DNA of 64,000 nucleotides from Escherichia coli (GTDB lineage Bacteria; Pseudomonadota; Gammaproteobacteria; Enterobacterales; Enterobacteriaceae): NCBI RefSeq assembly GCF_013122565.1, contig NZ_CP053258.1; one strand, 5' to 3'. Shown piece by piece: positions 10,367 to 21,508 of this stretch (position 1 is its first letter; each line of letters starts with the position of its first letter). The notes under the pieces were generated by a model. It saw only the letters and a program-made list of their open reading frames with translations, ran no database searches and was not told where the DNA came from. The position numbers and the translations under genes were made by a program.

Positions 10367-11688
10367 TGCCTAAACTTGTCACGTGGATGAACAACCAGCG
10401 GGTAGGTGAGTTAACGAAGCTTGCCAACGGCGCGCACACCTTTAAGTATGCGCCGGAGTGGTTAGCCAACCGTTATGCAAGGCCGTTGTCACTTTCGCTG
10501 CCATTGCAGAGGGGGAATATCACCTCTGATGCCGTATTTAACTTCTTCGATAACCTGTTACCCGATAGCCCGATTGTACGTGACCGGATCGTAAAACGTT
10601 ATCATGCTAAATCCAGACAACCGTTTGATTTATTGTCAGAAATAGGGCGAGACAGCGTTGGTGCCGTGACGTTAATACCCGAAGACGAAACCGTAACGCG
10701 TCCGATAATGGCATGGGAAAAGCTGACTGAAGCCAAACTTGAAGAAGTATTAACGGCTTATAAAGCAGATATCCCGCTAGGCATGATTAGAGAAGAAAAT
10801 GACTTTCGCATCTCGGTTGCTGGCGCACAGGAGAAGACAGCACTGCTCAGAATAGGCAATGACTGGTGCATTCCGAAAGGAATAACGCCGACGACGCACA
10901 TCATTAAATTACCGATTGGGGAAATCAGGCAGCCCAATGCGACGCTCGATCTCAGCCAAAGCGTTGATAATGAGTATTACTGTCTGCTGCTGGCGAAAGA
11001 ACTTGGGTTGAATGTTCCGGACGCAGAAATCATTAAAGCGGGAAATGTGCGCGCGTTAGCGGTCGAACGTTTTGACAGGCGTTGGAATGCTGAGCGAACG
11101 GTTTTACTTCGCTTGCCACAGGAGGATATGTGTCAGACATTCGGTTTACCTTCATCGGTGAAATATGAATCAGATGGAGGCCCAGGCATCGCGCGGATCA
11201 TGGCTTTTTTGATGGGGTCCAGCGAGGCGCTGAAAGATCGCTATGATTTTATGAAGTTTCAAGTGTTCCAGTGGTTGATTGGCGCAACGGATGGCCATGC
11301 AAAAAACTTCTCCGTATTTATTCAGGCTGGCGGCAGTTATCGGCTCACACCATTTTACGACATCATTTCGGCATTTCCGGTCCTTGGCGGTACGGGAATA
11401 CACATCAGCGATCTCAAACTGGCAATGGGGCTTAACGCATCCAAAGGCAGAAAAACGGCAATCGATAAAATTTATCCGCGACATTTTCTGGCGACAGCAA
11501 AGATGCTGAAATTCCCGGAAGTGCAGATGCATGAAATACTAAGTGGCTTTGCCAGAATGATTCCGGCAGCACTGGATAACGTGAGGACTTCATTACCGAC
11601 AGATTTCCCGGAGAACGTGGTGACGGCAGTTGAAACCAATGTGTTGAGGATGCATGGACGGTTAAGCCGAGAATACGGTAGTAAGTGA
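10366..11688 (+). CDS. hipA: HipA serine/threonine kinase toxin
   Basis: 440 aa from ATG 10366 (MPKLVTWMNNQRVGELTKLANGAHTFKY...). Gly22 is present, i.e. not the hipA7 G22S allele at that position. Confidence 0.93.
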   Translation: MPKLVTWMNNQRVGELTKLANGAHTFKYAPEWLANRYARPLSLSLPLQRGNITSDAVFNFFDNLLPDSPIVRDRIVKRYHAKSRQPFDLLSEIGRDSVGAVTLIPEDETVTRPIMAWEKLTEAKLEEVLTAYKADIPLGMIREENDFRISVAGAQEKTALLRIGNDWCIPKGITPTTHIIKLPIGEIRQPNATLDLSQSVDNEYYCLLLAKELGLNVPDAEIIKAGNVRALAVERFDRRWNAERTVLLRLPQEDMCQTFGLPSSVKYESDGGPGIARIMAFLMGSSEALKDRYDFMKFQVFQWLIGATDGHAKNFSVFIQAGGSYRLTPFYDIISAFPVLGGTGIHISDLKLAMGLNASKGRKTAIDKIYPRHFLATAKMLKFPEVQMHEILSGFARMIPAALDNVRTSLPTDFPENVVTAVETNVLRMHGRLSREYGSK

Positions 11689-12147
11689 GATATGGGGTTT
11701 GGTCGTTGTTAATGAGCACGAATCATGACCGCCAATGGCTGGATTCTCCCTTGATTTATGTTGGTGCGCATAATGTATATTATGTTAAATTGACTGCGGA
11801 AGTCCTTTACTTCACCATTCACTCTACATACAGATAAATCAATACGTTGTGATTTATGACTTCCCTCCCGTTTCTTTTGTTAGGTTCATTATAGGGAATT
11901 CAAGATATCTATGTTTGGAAGCTCCACGCAGTAGCAGCCGGTGCGGTGGCTCTCTATGCCCGCCCTGTCTTTCATCCGTTTGCCCGTCAACATAAAGGTA
12001 TTACCGCCTTGCCCGGGTGGATGTCCAGCCTGCAGGGAAGCCCGGTGACCCTCATCGGTAATGTATTCCCGCTTGTTGTCAGTCTGAACAGTGTTCTTTT
12101 GTAGTGGCCAAGTAATATTGGACACTACAGAAGTGAGGGCCGGCATA

Positions 12148-15100
12148 TTATCTGAAGCTGTATTTTATCCCCAGCGCTCCGGAGATAGCATTGCTCCCGT
12201 GACCTCCTGCCTGATATGCGACTCCGCCATTCACTGACAGATTTTGAGTAATCACCCCATCAATACCTGTCTTTATCTCTCCCTGATTTCGGCCACCTGA
12301 CAACAACTGGCTGTCACCACTCATTTTAACACCAAATTCATGAGTGTTATGGATCCAATTTGCCTCTATATACGGACGGAACTCCCGCCCGGTATCCTTA
12401 TCCAGGGTGCTTTTCACATTCCAGGATGCACGAATACCTGCTTTTGTCTGAAGATTATTTTTCCCAGTGCCCTGTACCACAGTTCCGTTATCTTCCTGAT
12501 GTGTATCCGGAGTAACCCCCATCCAGATAGCCTGCAGATGAGGCTGTAACCAGAATTCACCTTTAATTCCCTCAGGTGACGTCCATGTATGCACATTCAG
12601 GTTATACCCTCCGCCCACGGAAGCGGTTAAACCATTCAGGTTATATTTTTCTTCTTCCAGCCCGTCGCCTTTCACTGATGCATTAAACCAGTTATATTGC
12701 ATCCAGGTTTCAGCAAAGAGGCCTGTTGCATTTGCCCCATTCTGATACCAGGTTCCGTATAACCCGGCCGAATAACCATCCAGTGTATTTCTGGCCCGTT
12801 TCTTACTCGTGTGGTTTATCGTTTTACCTTTTGCGTTTGCATAGCCACCCATAATGCCCAGGGTAAAGTCACCCAGTTTTTCAGCGTGGTATTTATAAAT
12901 GTCCCCTCCAAGTTGATTGATAAATTGATTGGTTGTTGTTTTATTTTGCCCATCACTAAGCTTACCAGAGGTTCTTCCGCCCGTAATCTTCATCCACACA
13001 GATGCAGACTCAGGCTGTGTATTATCACTCACGGCACTGAATTGCTTACGCTCATTCAAATCCATGAGGAACAGTGAGTTAGCCAGTGCCATATTGGTAG
13101 CATAACTTCCGTTCTCCGGTCTGTATTGCCGGGTATCAGATGTGGGAAGATGACTGGTTAAATACCATCCCTTATTATCTGTCCCACTCACGTTTCCTTT
13201 CTGCAGTGTGTAATCATAAGCTCCGGCAACCACGCGGTTCTTCAGAGAGAATTCTGCATCAGAATTTCCCTCTATAGAAATAATATTAATACCCTCTCTC
13301 GTCTGACCACCACTGCCACCTTCATTGACATAAACGATGTCACTTTGACCAGAGGTATTACCTTTCACCACCAGACGATCCGTAAGAGAATTATCTCCTT
13401 CAAGCACACCACCAAGAGAAATAACACTACCCGGTGTCCCGGTATAATTTGCCACGGTAAGAGTATTACCTGCACTTTCTTTTGTAGGATTCAGAATGAT
13501 ATTTTTGTTATTAACAAGACTGCCATTCACAGTAGCAGAGAGCAGCTTTGCCGTACCAAAGCTTAAGTCAGCATCATTCGTAATATTCCCGTTTATAATG
13601 CTGTTATTAATGACAACGCTTCCATTGTTATTAACCGAACCATTAATTGTTGCCTGGTCTGAGATGTTTATATAGGCATTCTGGCTGACAGCCATATCTG
13701 CATTGACTACTGCAGAACCCAATATAATCCCACCATTTTTAACGTTAACCCCCCTCGCCTGTGTCAATGTACCTTCATAAGACATGAATCCTGAGTTATC
13801 TTTGATAAGAGCACCATTCCCTGACAACTCTGTATTAAAATCATAATCGCCAGCAAGATTGAGAATGAAATCGCCATCATTCTTAATTTTTGCTCCGGCT
13901 ACAATACCATCAGTATTGATTGTGGTTGTTCCGTCAAGAGCGCCCCCCTCATCGATTCTTAAACGACCAGCGGAGTTTACGGTTGTATCGGTTGCTGTAC
14001 CGCCTGATGTTACAGCCAGAAGGCCCCCGTTCTCTAATACAACATTTGATGCATGGTTTTGTGAAACGAAGAAGCTGCCATAGCGGTTTGTTCCGGTAAT
14101 GGTCGCCCCCGTAGAGGTAAACAAATTACCTCCGCCGCTTAATGCAATATTCAGCGCACTGGCACCTGCATCCACGCGTATTTCTCCGCCATTTTTGATA
14201 ACAGTTCCGCTTACGTTCCCTCCTTCATATACAAACTGGAAGCCCCCCTCATTGATAACAGTAGAAGAAGCACTCCCCCCCCCGCTTACCGCCTGTAATC
14301 CTCCGCTGTTCAACACCGTTCCGTAAGCAACCCCACCTGAGAGCACATATTCCCGGCCGTCATTATTTGCCACAGTACTGGTTGCAGAAGCCCCTGAATG
14401 AATATACTGCCGCCCTTCCTTATTAAGGATTGTACCAGCCACATTGCCTGCATAAGCGTTTAACCTGCCATTCTGATTTACACTTGCTCCTGACACGGTA
14501 CCACCAGAAACATTGATCATGCCGCCGTCAAAAATTTGAGTTCCAGATGCCTCGCCACCTGAATAGACAGTTTGCTTGCCGTCAGAGTACACTTCAGCAG
14601 CAATGGCACTGCCGCCAGAAGAGACGTTCTGGTTACCGCCGCTTAGTTTTGTTCCCGTGGCTGTACCACCTGCACTGACGCGCTGGAAACCGCTGGTATT
14701 AACAGTAGCACCAGTGGCTTCACCATTGCTGTATATATACTGGTTTCCTCCATCATTGATAATGGCATTATAAGATGCACCACCATTTGAAACATTTTCG
14801 CGCCCACTATTATTAATCATGGTACCACTGGCAAGACCATTCGATAGAACACTCTGTGTTCCTCCACTGTTAATAATGGTGCTCTCCGCATAGCCTCCTG
14901 ATGAAATATTCACATAACCACTTTGATTTATTCTTGTACCAGAAGCTATGCCATCGGCATAGATATTTTGCTTACCACCAGAGAACACTTCAGTAGCACT
15001 GGCTTTACCCCCAGAGGAGATATTCTGTGTACCACCGCTCAGTTTTGTTCCCGTGGCTATGCCACCCGCACTGACTCGCTGAAAACCGCCGGAATTAACC

Positions 15101-15735
15101 ACCGTAGCGCTGGTACTGCCTCCGGAAAGAATATTTTGTGTGCCTGAGCTATTAATAGTGGTGCCAGAGGCAATGCCACCACTACTGACACGTTGCTGAC
15201 CACCCGAACTGATATTTGTATCTTCAGAGATACCACCGGATAAAATCGTCTGGTTTCCACCGTTAAAAATAATGGTGCTTGATGCATGACCAAGATTATA
15301 GATGTTCTGAGCTCCGCCACTTAAGTTTGTTGCAGAAGTAACTCCTCCAGAACTAACACGTTGCACCCCTCCAGAATTTACAATGGTACTTATTGCAGTT
15401 CCTGAGTTCCCAACGTTCTGAGCTCCCGAACTATTAACTGTTGTAGAGGTGGTTTTCCCTCCATTGTTGACGTTCTGTATTCCCCCGCTATTTACTGTGG
15501 CGTTGCTGGTTTGACCATTTGAATAAACAACCTGTGTTTCTCCGGAAGAGACAACTCCGTTAGAAACAACACCACTAGAAACGTTTTGTGCAAAAGCATT
15601 TCCGACAGTAGAAGCTACTGTTAATACCAGAAGTGTGTTTTTCGCAAGGACGAAGCCATGTCCTCTGGCTAACTCAGAGGCCACAACCCATGCCTGCCGG
15701 GAGCTATTCCATACAATGCTGTATGCCCTGTTCAT
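12148..15735 (-). CDS. AIDA-I/TibA-like self-associating autotransporter adhesin
   Basis: 1195-aa ORF with extended signal peptide motif (MNRAYSIVWNSSRQAWVVASELARGHG). The passenger holds about 20 degenerate 19-residue repeats (x-SGG-x-Q-x-V-SSGG-x-AS-x-T-x-VN), the hallmark of heptosylated AIDA-I/TibA-type adhesins, and a C-terminal beta-barrel domain. It lies immediately downstream of a heptosyltransferase gene. Possibly EhaJ-like; I cannot confirm that. Confidence 0.8.
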   Translation of the reverse strand: MNRAYSIVWNSSRQAWVVASELARGHGFVLAKNTLLVLTVASTVGNAFAQNVSSGVVSNGVVSSGETQVVYSNGQTSNATVNSGGIQNVNNGGKTTSTTVNSSGAQNVGNSGTAISTIVNSGGVQRVSSGGVTSATNLSGGAQNIYNLGHASSTIIFNGGNQTILSGGISEDTNISSGGQQRVSSGGIASGTTINSSGTQNILSGGSTSATVVNSGGFQRVSAGGIATGTKLSGGTQNISSGGKASATEVFSGGKQNIYADGIASGTRINQSGYVNISSGGYAESTIINSGGTQSVLSNGLASGTMINNSGRENVSNGGASYNAIINDGGNQYIYSNGEATGATVNTSGFQRVSAGGTATGTKLSGGNQNVSSGGSAIAAEVYSDGKQTVYSGGEASGTQIFDGGMINVSGGTVSGASVNQNGRLNAYAGNVAGTILNKEGRQYIHSGASATSTVANNDGREYVLSGGVAYGTVLNSGGLQAVSGGGSASSTVINEGGFQFVYEGGNVSGTVIKNGGEIRVDAGASALNIALSGGGNLFTSTGATITGTNRYGSFFVSQNHASNVVLENGGLLAVTSGGTATDTTVNSAGRLRIDEGGALDGTTTINTDGIVAGAKIKNDGDFILNLAGDYDFNTELSGNGALIKDNSGFMSYEGTLTQARGVNVKNGGIILGSAVVNADMAVSQNAYINISDQATINGSVNNNGSVVINNSIINGNITNDADLSFGTAKLLSATVNGSLVNNKNIILNPTKESAGNTLTVANYTGTPGSVISLGGVLEGDNSLTDRLVVKGNTSGQSDIVYVNEGGSGGQTREGINIISIEGNSDAEFSLKNRVVAGAYDYTLQKGNVSGTDNKGWYLTSHLPTSDTRQYRPENGSYATNMALANSLFLMDLNERKQFSAVSDNTQPESASVWMKITGGRTSGKLSDGQNKTTTNQFINQLGGDIYKYHAEKLGDFTLGIMGGYANAKGKTINHTSKKRARNTLDGYSAGLYGTWYQNGANATGLFAETWMQYNWFNASVKGDGLEEEKYNLNGLTASVGGGYNLNVHTWTSPEGIKGEFWLQPHLQAIWMGVTPDTHQEDNGTVVQGTGKNNLQTKAGIRASWNVKSTLDKDTGREFRPYIEANWIHNTHEFGVKMSGDSQLLSGGRNQGEIKTGIDGVITQNLSVNGGVAYQAGGHGSNAISGALGIKYSFR
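14298..15558 (-). repeat. Tandem degenerate 19-codon repeats in the adhesin passenger, including two near-identical ~130-nt direct repeats at about 14580-14710 and 14970-15100
   Basis: Visible at DNA level: ACCGCCGCTTAGTTTTGTTCCCGTGGCTGTACCACCTGCACTGACGCGCTGGAAACCGCTGGTATTAAC versus ACCACCGCTCAGTTTTGTTCCCGTGGCTATGCCACCCGCACTGACTCGCTGAAAACCGCCGGAATTAAC. Confidence 0.7.
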
Positions 15736-15749
15736 TCATCAACAACCTT

Positions 15750-16910
15750 CTAATTAATTAGATAATTGTGCAAGGAATCAATGACCCCACACACCTGTTT
15801 CCCTGTAATAAGCCGGGTGCATTCAAACTGTCTGTCCGTACCTTTATGCACAGGACACCAGAGAAAATCAGCATGATCGAAGTTATAATTGGTGTTATCC
15901 CAGCATCCATTACACCCATGAGAGTTAAACACTCTCCACGGAGTGTAAAACTCACTGTCTGGCCTGCTAAAACCGCTAATTAAAACTACAGGGATTCTGG
16001 TTGCCCATGCCAGCCACGATAAACCACTGGCTAAGCCGACAAAAAAGCTGGCATGTCGTAATAAATCCACCCGTTCCTGGAGAGGCAGCACTCCGGTAAA
16101 ATCTTCGGCCCCCCATGGAATATGATTCCAGACAAAGCTATTGCCTGTATGAGCATTGCGGTCAATACACAAAACCCGATACCCAAGTTTCTTTAAATGA
16201 CTAATCACTTCAGACCATCCAAGACCATTATTCCAGTGTTTCGCCTGTGCTGTAGACTGCACGGCAATACAGACATAAGGGTCAGGGATTTTCCTTTCAG
16301 CTGAAAGATTGAGTCGGGGTGGTTCTTCCTGAGGAGATACTCCCAGGATATATCCGGCATTACGATGAAAACCAACCAGACGGAAATCTACAGGCTGGTT
16401 ATCTGTATCTCCATTAAAAAACAAACCAATTCTGTACGTTGCATATGGTTTACCTTCATATTTATCCTGAGTTGCTGTAAACTTTATTTCCGGATAATTA
16501 TCTGAGAATAGTGTTACGAACTCTTCACTAACGGAGCATTCCAGTTTGCATTGATGTTTTATACGGAATTTTTCAGCGTAGTGAAACCATGCAATAATAT
16601 CTCCCAGCGTTCCTGTCGGAAATGATATTAAAACATGCTTACTCTTCAGGTTCATTACAGTGTCAAGGCAGGGGTGAACTTCTCCTTTTTTAAATGCCTG
16701 CACCCTAAACTTCACATAATATTTTTTTGTGCTTGTTACCCACCCTCCAGACGTATCGCATGAAAATAAAATATTTCCTGAATCATCATCAATGATATTA
16801 ACATGCCACTCGCCTTTCGGAAGCAAAACTCTTGCTCCATCATTAAAATCATACAGAATACCTTTATCTCCTTCTTGGGTTGGAGTTCCTGTTAATGATA
16901 CAAAAGCCAT
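15750..16910 (-). CDS. Autotransporter adhesin heptosyltransferase (TibC/Aah-like glycosyltransferase)
   Basis: 386-aa ORF ending 14 nt upstream of the adhesin gene on the same strand, the same order as tibC-tibA and aah-aidA. Contains a Cys-rich segment (HGCNGCWD...WCPVH). The family call rests on context plus overall resemblance, not on a search. Confidence 0.7.
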   Translation of the reverse strand: MAFVSLTGTPTQEGDKGILYDFNDGARVLLPKGEWHVNIIDDDSGNILFSCDTSGGWVTSTKKYYVKFRVQAFKKGEVHPCLDTVMNLKSKHVLISFPTGTLGDIIAWFHYAEKFRIKHQCKLECSVSEEFVTLFSDNYPEIKFTATQDKYEGKPYATYRIGLFFNGDTDNQPVDFRLVGFHRNAGYILGVSPQEEPPRLNLSAERKIPDPYVCIAVQSTAQAKHWNNGLGWSEVISHLKKLGYRVLCIDRNAHTGNSFVWNHIPWGAEDFTGVLPLQERVDLLRHASFFVGLASGLSWLAWATRIPVVLISGFSRPDSEFYTPWRVFNSHGCNGCWDNTNYNFDHADFLWCPVHKGTDRQFECTRLITGKQVCGVIDSLHNYLIN

Positions 16911-17105
16911 ATGATTCTCTCCTGAATTATAAATTGTTCTTGGAGTAGCAATGCCTGATACGAATGGAGAAAGATGTTGTATATATTAGCGATATATCAT
17001 TCATCTTCTTGACGATTGAGAGAGGAAACTTTATTAACTATAATGTGATTTTAATTGTTATGAGTAAAATGGAACATATCTTTTTCTGAAAGATGAAAAC
17101 CATCA

Positions 17106-19071
<1,966 letters not shown>

Positions 19072-19121
19072 TGATATATACCTGCTTGATCACCCGGCGG
19101 CAGAGCACCGGGTCGATATTA

Positions 19122-20207
19122 TTAGTAGTGCACCTTCGGGGCGATCTTGCGTAACTGCAAAATCAGGTCGATTTCACGGCGTGAGAAAGGAAAACCATTC
19201 TCCTCAAACACGTCGTGGAACCAGAGACGACAGTAGTCCGTGGAATTTTTCATCACCACAGGCCAGGGTAACCACGTCTGGGTTTTGCCGCGTACCAGTC
19301 CCCACTGATATGGAGCAACTTTTGCCATGTACATTAGTGGAAGCTGTTCTTCAACAGTACTCCCCAAGTGTCGTGCAAGCCATTCGGTGCAAAACAGTGG
19401 GCGATCCAGTGCCTGTAGCTGCTGGATAATTGCCACCATACGGCTGGTGTGAGTGTATGCGTGGAAGCTCACCACGTCTGAAAGCGACAGCGCTGTCTGG
19501 TCAAGTGGATGCTGGAAGAATATCTCGTCTTCTTCCGGTGACAGATGCCATGCGCAGACAGTGAGCGGCTGAGTCGGATCTTCTTCACGTACCCATCGAA
19601 ACGCCAGGTTCATTAGCTCGTGGGCGCAACTTTCCAGCTTTGCATCATATTGAACCTCCTGCGTACCTGTCGCGAAAATGCCGCGGTTACCAGGTTCGTT
19701 ATATAGATCCCACAACAATACGCGCTGGTCTTCACGAAACTGACTAACAATATCGCGGATATAGAGTTCAATCTGCGGCCAAAAATCGCGATCGCAGACT
19801 TTATCACGTCCAGGACTTGCTGCCGCCTGGCTATTGTGTTTGCCCGGTACAGGAGATTTTTGCGGGCCGAGATAGGGTTCGTCACCGGAGAAGCCACAGT
19901 CATCCATCAGGGTCAACATGGTGCTAAACCCGTGACCGGCAGCAATCGCCAAAAAATGGTCAATGCGGGCTATCAGCCCGTCGCGGTCGTGCTCCCAGAC
20001 GATAAACGGCAGATTGATGCGAAGAGTGTTATAGCCCGCGGCCGCTGCCCAGCCTAGCTCACGCTCGATGGTTACCGCATCAAATGTTTCCTCTTGCCAG
20101 ATATCAGTCCAGTTCACCGCCGTCGACGGCAGATAGTTAAAACCGCACAGCCAGCCTTTTTGTTCATACCATGTTTGTGCCTGCTCTCTACTCCACTGCT
20201 CTTTCAT
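19122..20207 (-). CDS. Glycoside hydrolase, GH-A clan (TIM-barrel; possibly beta-mannanase/xylanase-like)
   Basis: 361-aa ORF with a WDLYNEPG motif, i.e. the NEP acid/base signature of clan GH-A enzymes. Co-oriented with and upstream of the GPH transporter. Exact GH family and substrate are unknown. Confidence 0.6.
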   Translation of the reverse strand: MKEQWSREQAQTWYEQKGWLCGFNYLPSTAVNWTDIWQEETFDAVTIERELGWAAAAGYNTLRINLPFIVWEHDRDGLIARIDHFLAIAAGHGFSTMLTLMDDCGFSGDEPYLGPQKSPVPGKHNSQAAASPGRDKVCDRDFWPQIELYIRDIVSQFREDQRVLLWDLYNEPGNRGIFATGTQEVQYDAKLESCAHELMNLAFRWVREEDPTQPLTVCAWHLSPEEDEIFFQHPLDQTALSLSDVVSFHAYTHTSRMVAIIQQLQALDRPLFCTEWLARHLGSTVEEQLPLMYMAKVAPYQWGLVRGKTQTWLPWPVVMKNSTDYCRLWFHDVFEENGFPFSRREIDLILQLRKIAPKVHY

Positions 20208-20233
20208 TACCAGTCCTCTAGATAATAATGTTT

Positions 20234-20251
20234 AGCTAATAAATATTAGCT
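20234..20251. promoter_or_regulatory. Inverted repeat AGCTAATA-AA-TATTAGCT in the divergent promoter between the hydrolase/transporter genes and the LacI-family gene; candidate operator
   Basis: Perfect 8-bp arms read directly from the sequence; its function is inference. Confidence 0.35.
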
Positions 20252-20392
20252 GAAAAGTAAATGCACAAATGATTCTGTTAATAAAAGAGACTCCCCTCAC
20301 AAAGCTCATGCATCGATGAATCAGAAACGTGAGCGATCGCCCGAAAGCGTGCGGTTAGGGTATGATGTGAAATCGCAAGAGGGGGAAAACGG

Positions 20393-21400
20393 ATGAAGCG
20401 AAAAACGAAAGTTACGATGAACGATATTGCTCGAGTGGCAGGGGTATCGCAGGCAACGGTATCACTGGTACTTAATCAGTCCCGCAACATCAAACTTAGT
20501 GACGACACGCGCCAGCGGGTTATTAACGTGGCCACCGAGCTCGGCTACGACCGCCTCCCCGCCATTCACGCCCCGCGCAACCAGGAGGAGATCGCCCTGC
20601 TGGTAAGCTCACTGCAAATCTTCGACCCGTTTATTGACGCCATTAGCCAGGCGCGAGAATCTGCGTGGCGCAACGAAACCTTACTCACTATCTACGACTA
20701 TGGTGATGACATCGAGTTGGCACTGAACATCATCCGTCAGTTGGAAACGCGTAACTGTATCGGGATTATTCTCGCTTCCCCTGTCACTACGCTGGTTGAC
20801 ATGAGTGCATTCCTGGACTTCACTCACATACCTCTGGTGCTTCTCAACCAGTGCGACCCCGGCTCGCCGCTTCTGCCATCGTTTATTCCAGACGACTACG
20901 CTAATGCTTTCCAGGTAACCAAACATCTCATCTCCTGCGGCGCAAAGCGTATCGCACACATCACCGGAGAGAGTTGGATGGAGGCCTCTCGACAGCGTTT
21001 GGCGGGCTATCAGGCAGCGCTGCAACAGGCTGGATTAGCCTGCGATGATAGCCTGGTGCGCCAAACCAACTGGCAATTCAGCGAGTCCTTCACTGCAACC
21101 ACTTCTCTGCTGGAGCTAACCGAGCGGCCGGACGCCATTTTCTGTGCCAGCGATTGGCTGGCGATAGGCTGTTATCAGGCTTTGGCTGTAAACGGTATTA
21201 GTATACCACAGGATATGCTGCTGGCGGGTTATGATGATCAGAAGATATCCGAACAACTCACTCCACCACTGACCAGTATCCAGCTACCCTATAGCGAACT
21301 GGGACGGCTGGCAGTGGAGTACCTTTGCAATCAGGAAGACGCTGCCACACATGTAACACTGGCAGGCAGGCTAAAAGTGCGGGCTTCGAGTCTTTTCTGA
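20393..21400 (+). CDS. LacI-family transcriptional regulator
   Basis: 335-aa ORF with an N-terminal HTH (VTMNDIARVAGVSQATVSLVLN) and a periplasmic-binding-protein-like effector domain. Divergent from the hydrolase/transporter pair. Confidence 0.88.
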   Translation: MKRKTKVTMNDIARVAGVSQATVSLVLNQSRNIKLSDDTRQRVINVATELGYDRLPAIHAPRNQEEIALLVSSLQIFDPFIDAISQARESAWRNETLLTIYDYGDDIELALNIIRQLETRNCIGIILASPVTTLVDMSAFLDFTHIPLVLLNQCDPGSPLLPSFIPDDYANAFQVTKHLISCGAKRIAHITGESWMEASRQRLAGYQAALQQAGLACDDSLVRQTNWQFSESFTATTSLLELTERPDAIFCASDWLAIGCYQALAVNGISIPQDMLLAGYDDQKISEQLTPPLTSIQLPYSELGRLAVEYLCNQEDAATHVTLAGRLKVRASSLF

Positions 21401-21508
21401 GGTAACTGTCGGTTGTTTTGTTATGCGCGCCATTCGCTACTCAACGCTTTCTTCTGACAGCATGTTGCTATAATGTAAAATATACTCAGCCATCTCCGGA
21501 GAATCGAA

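Noticed and set aside
11889-12146. Minus-strand 85-aa ORF just downstream of the adhesin gene, and a start-less plus-strand frame in 11895-12100
   Set aside because: Low-complexity translation, no convincing RBS and no family resemblance. The plus-strand frame has no start codon. Treated as non-coding or relic sequence.
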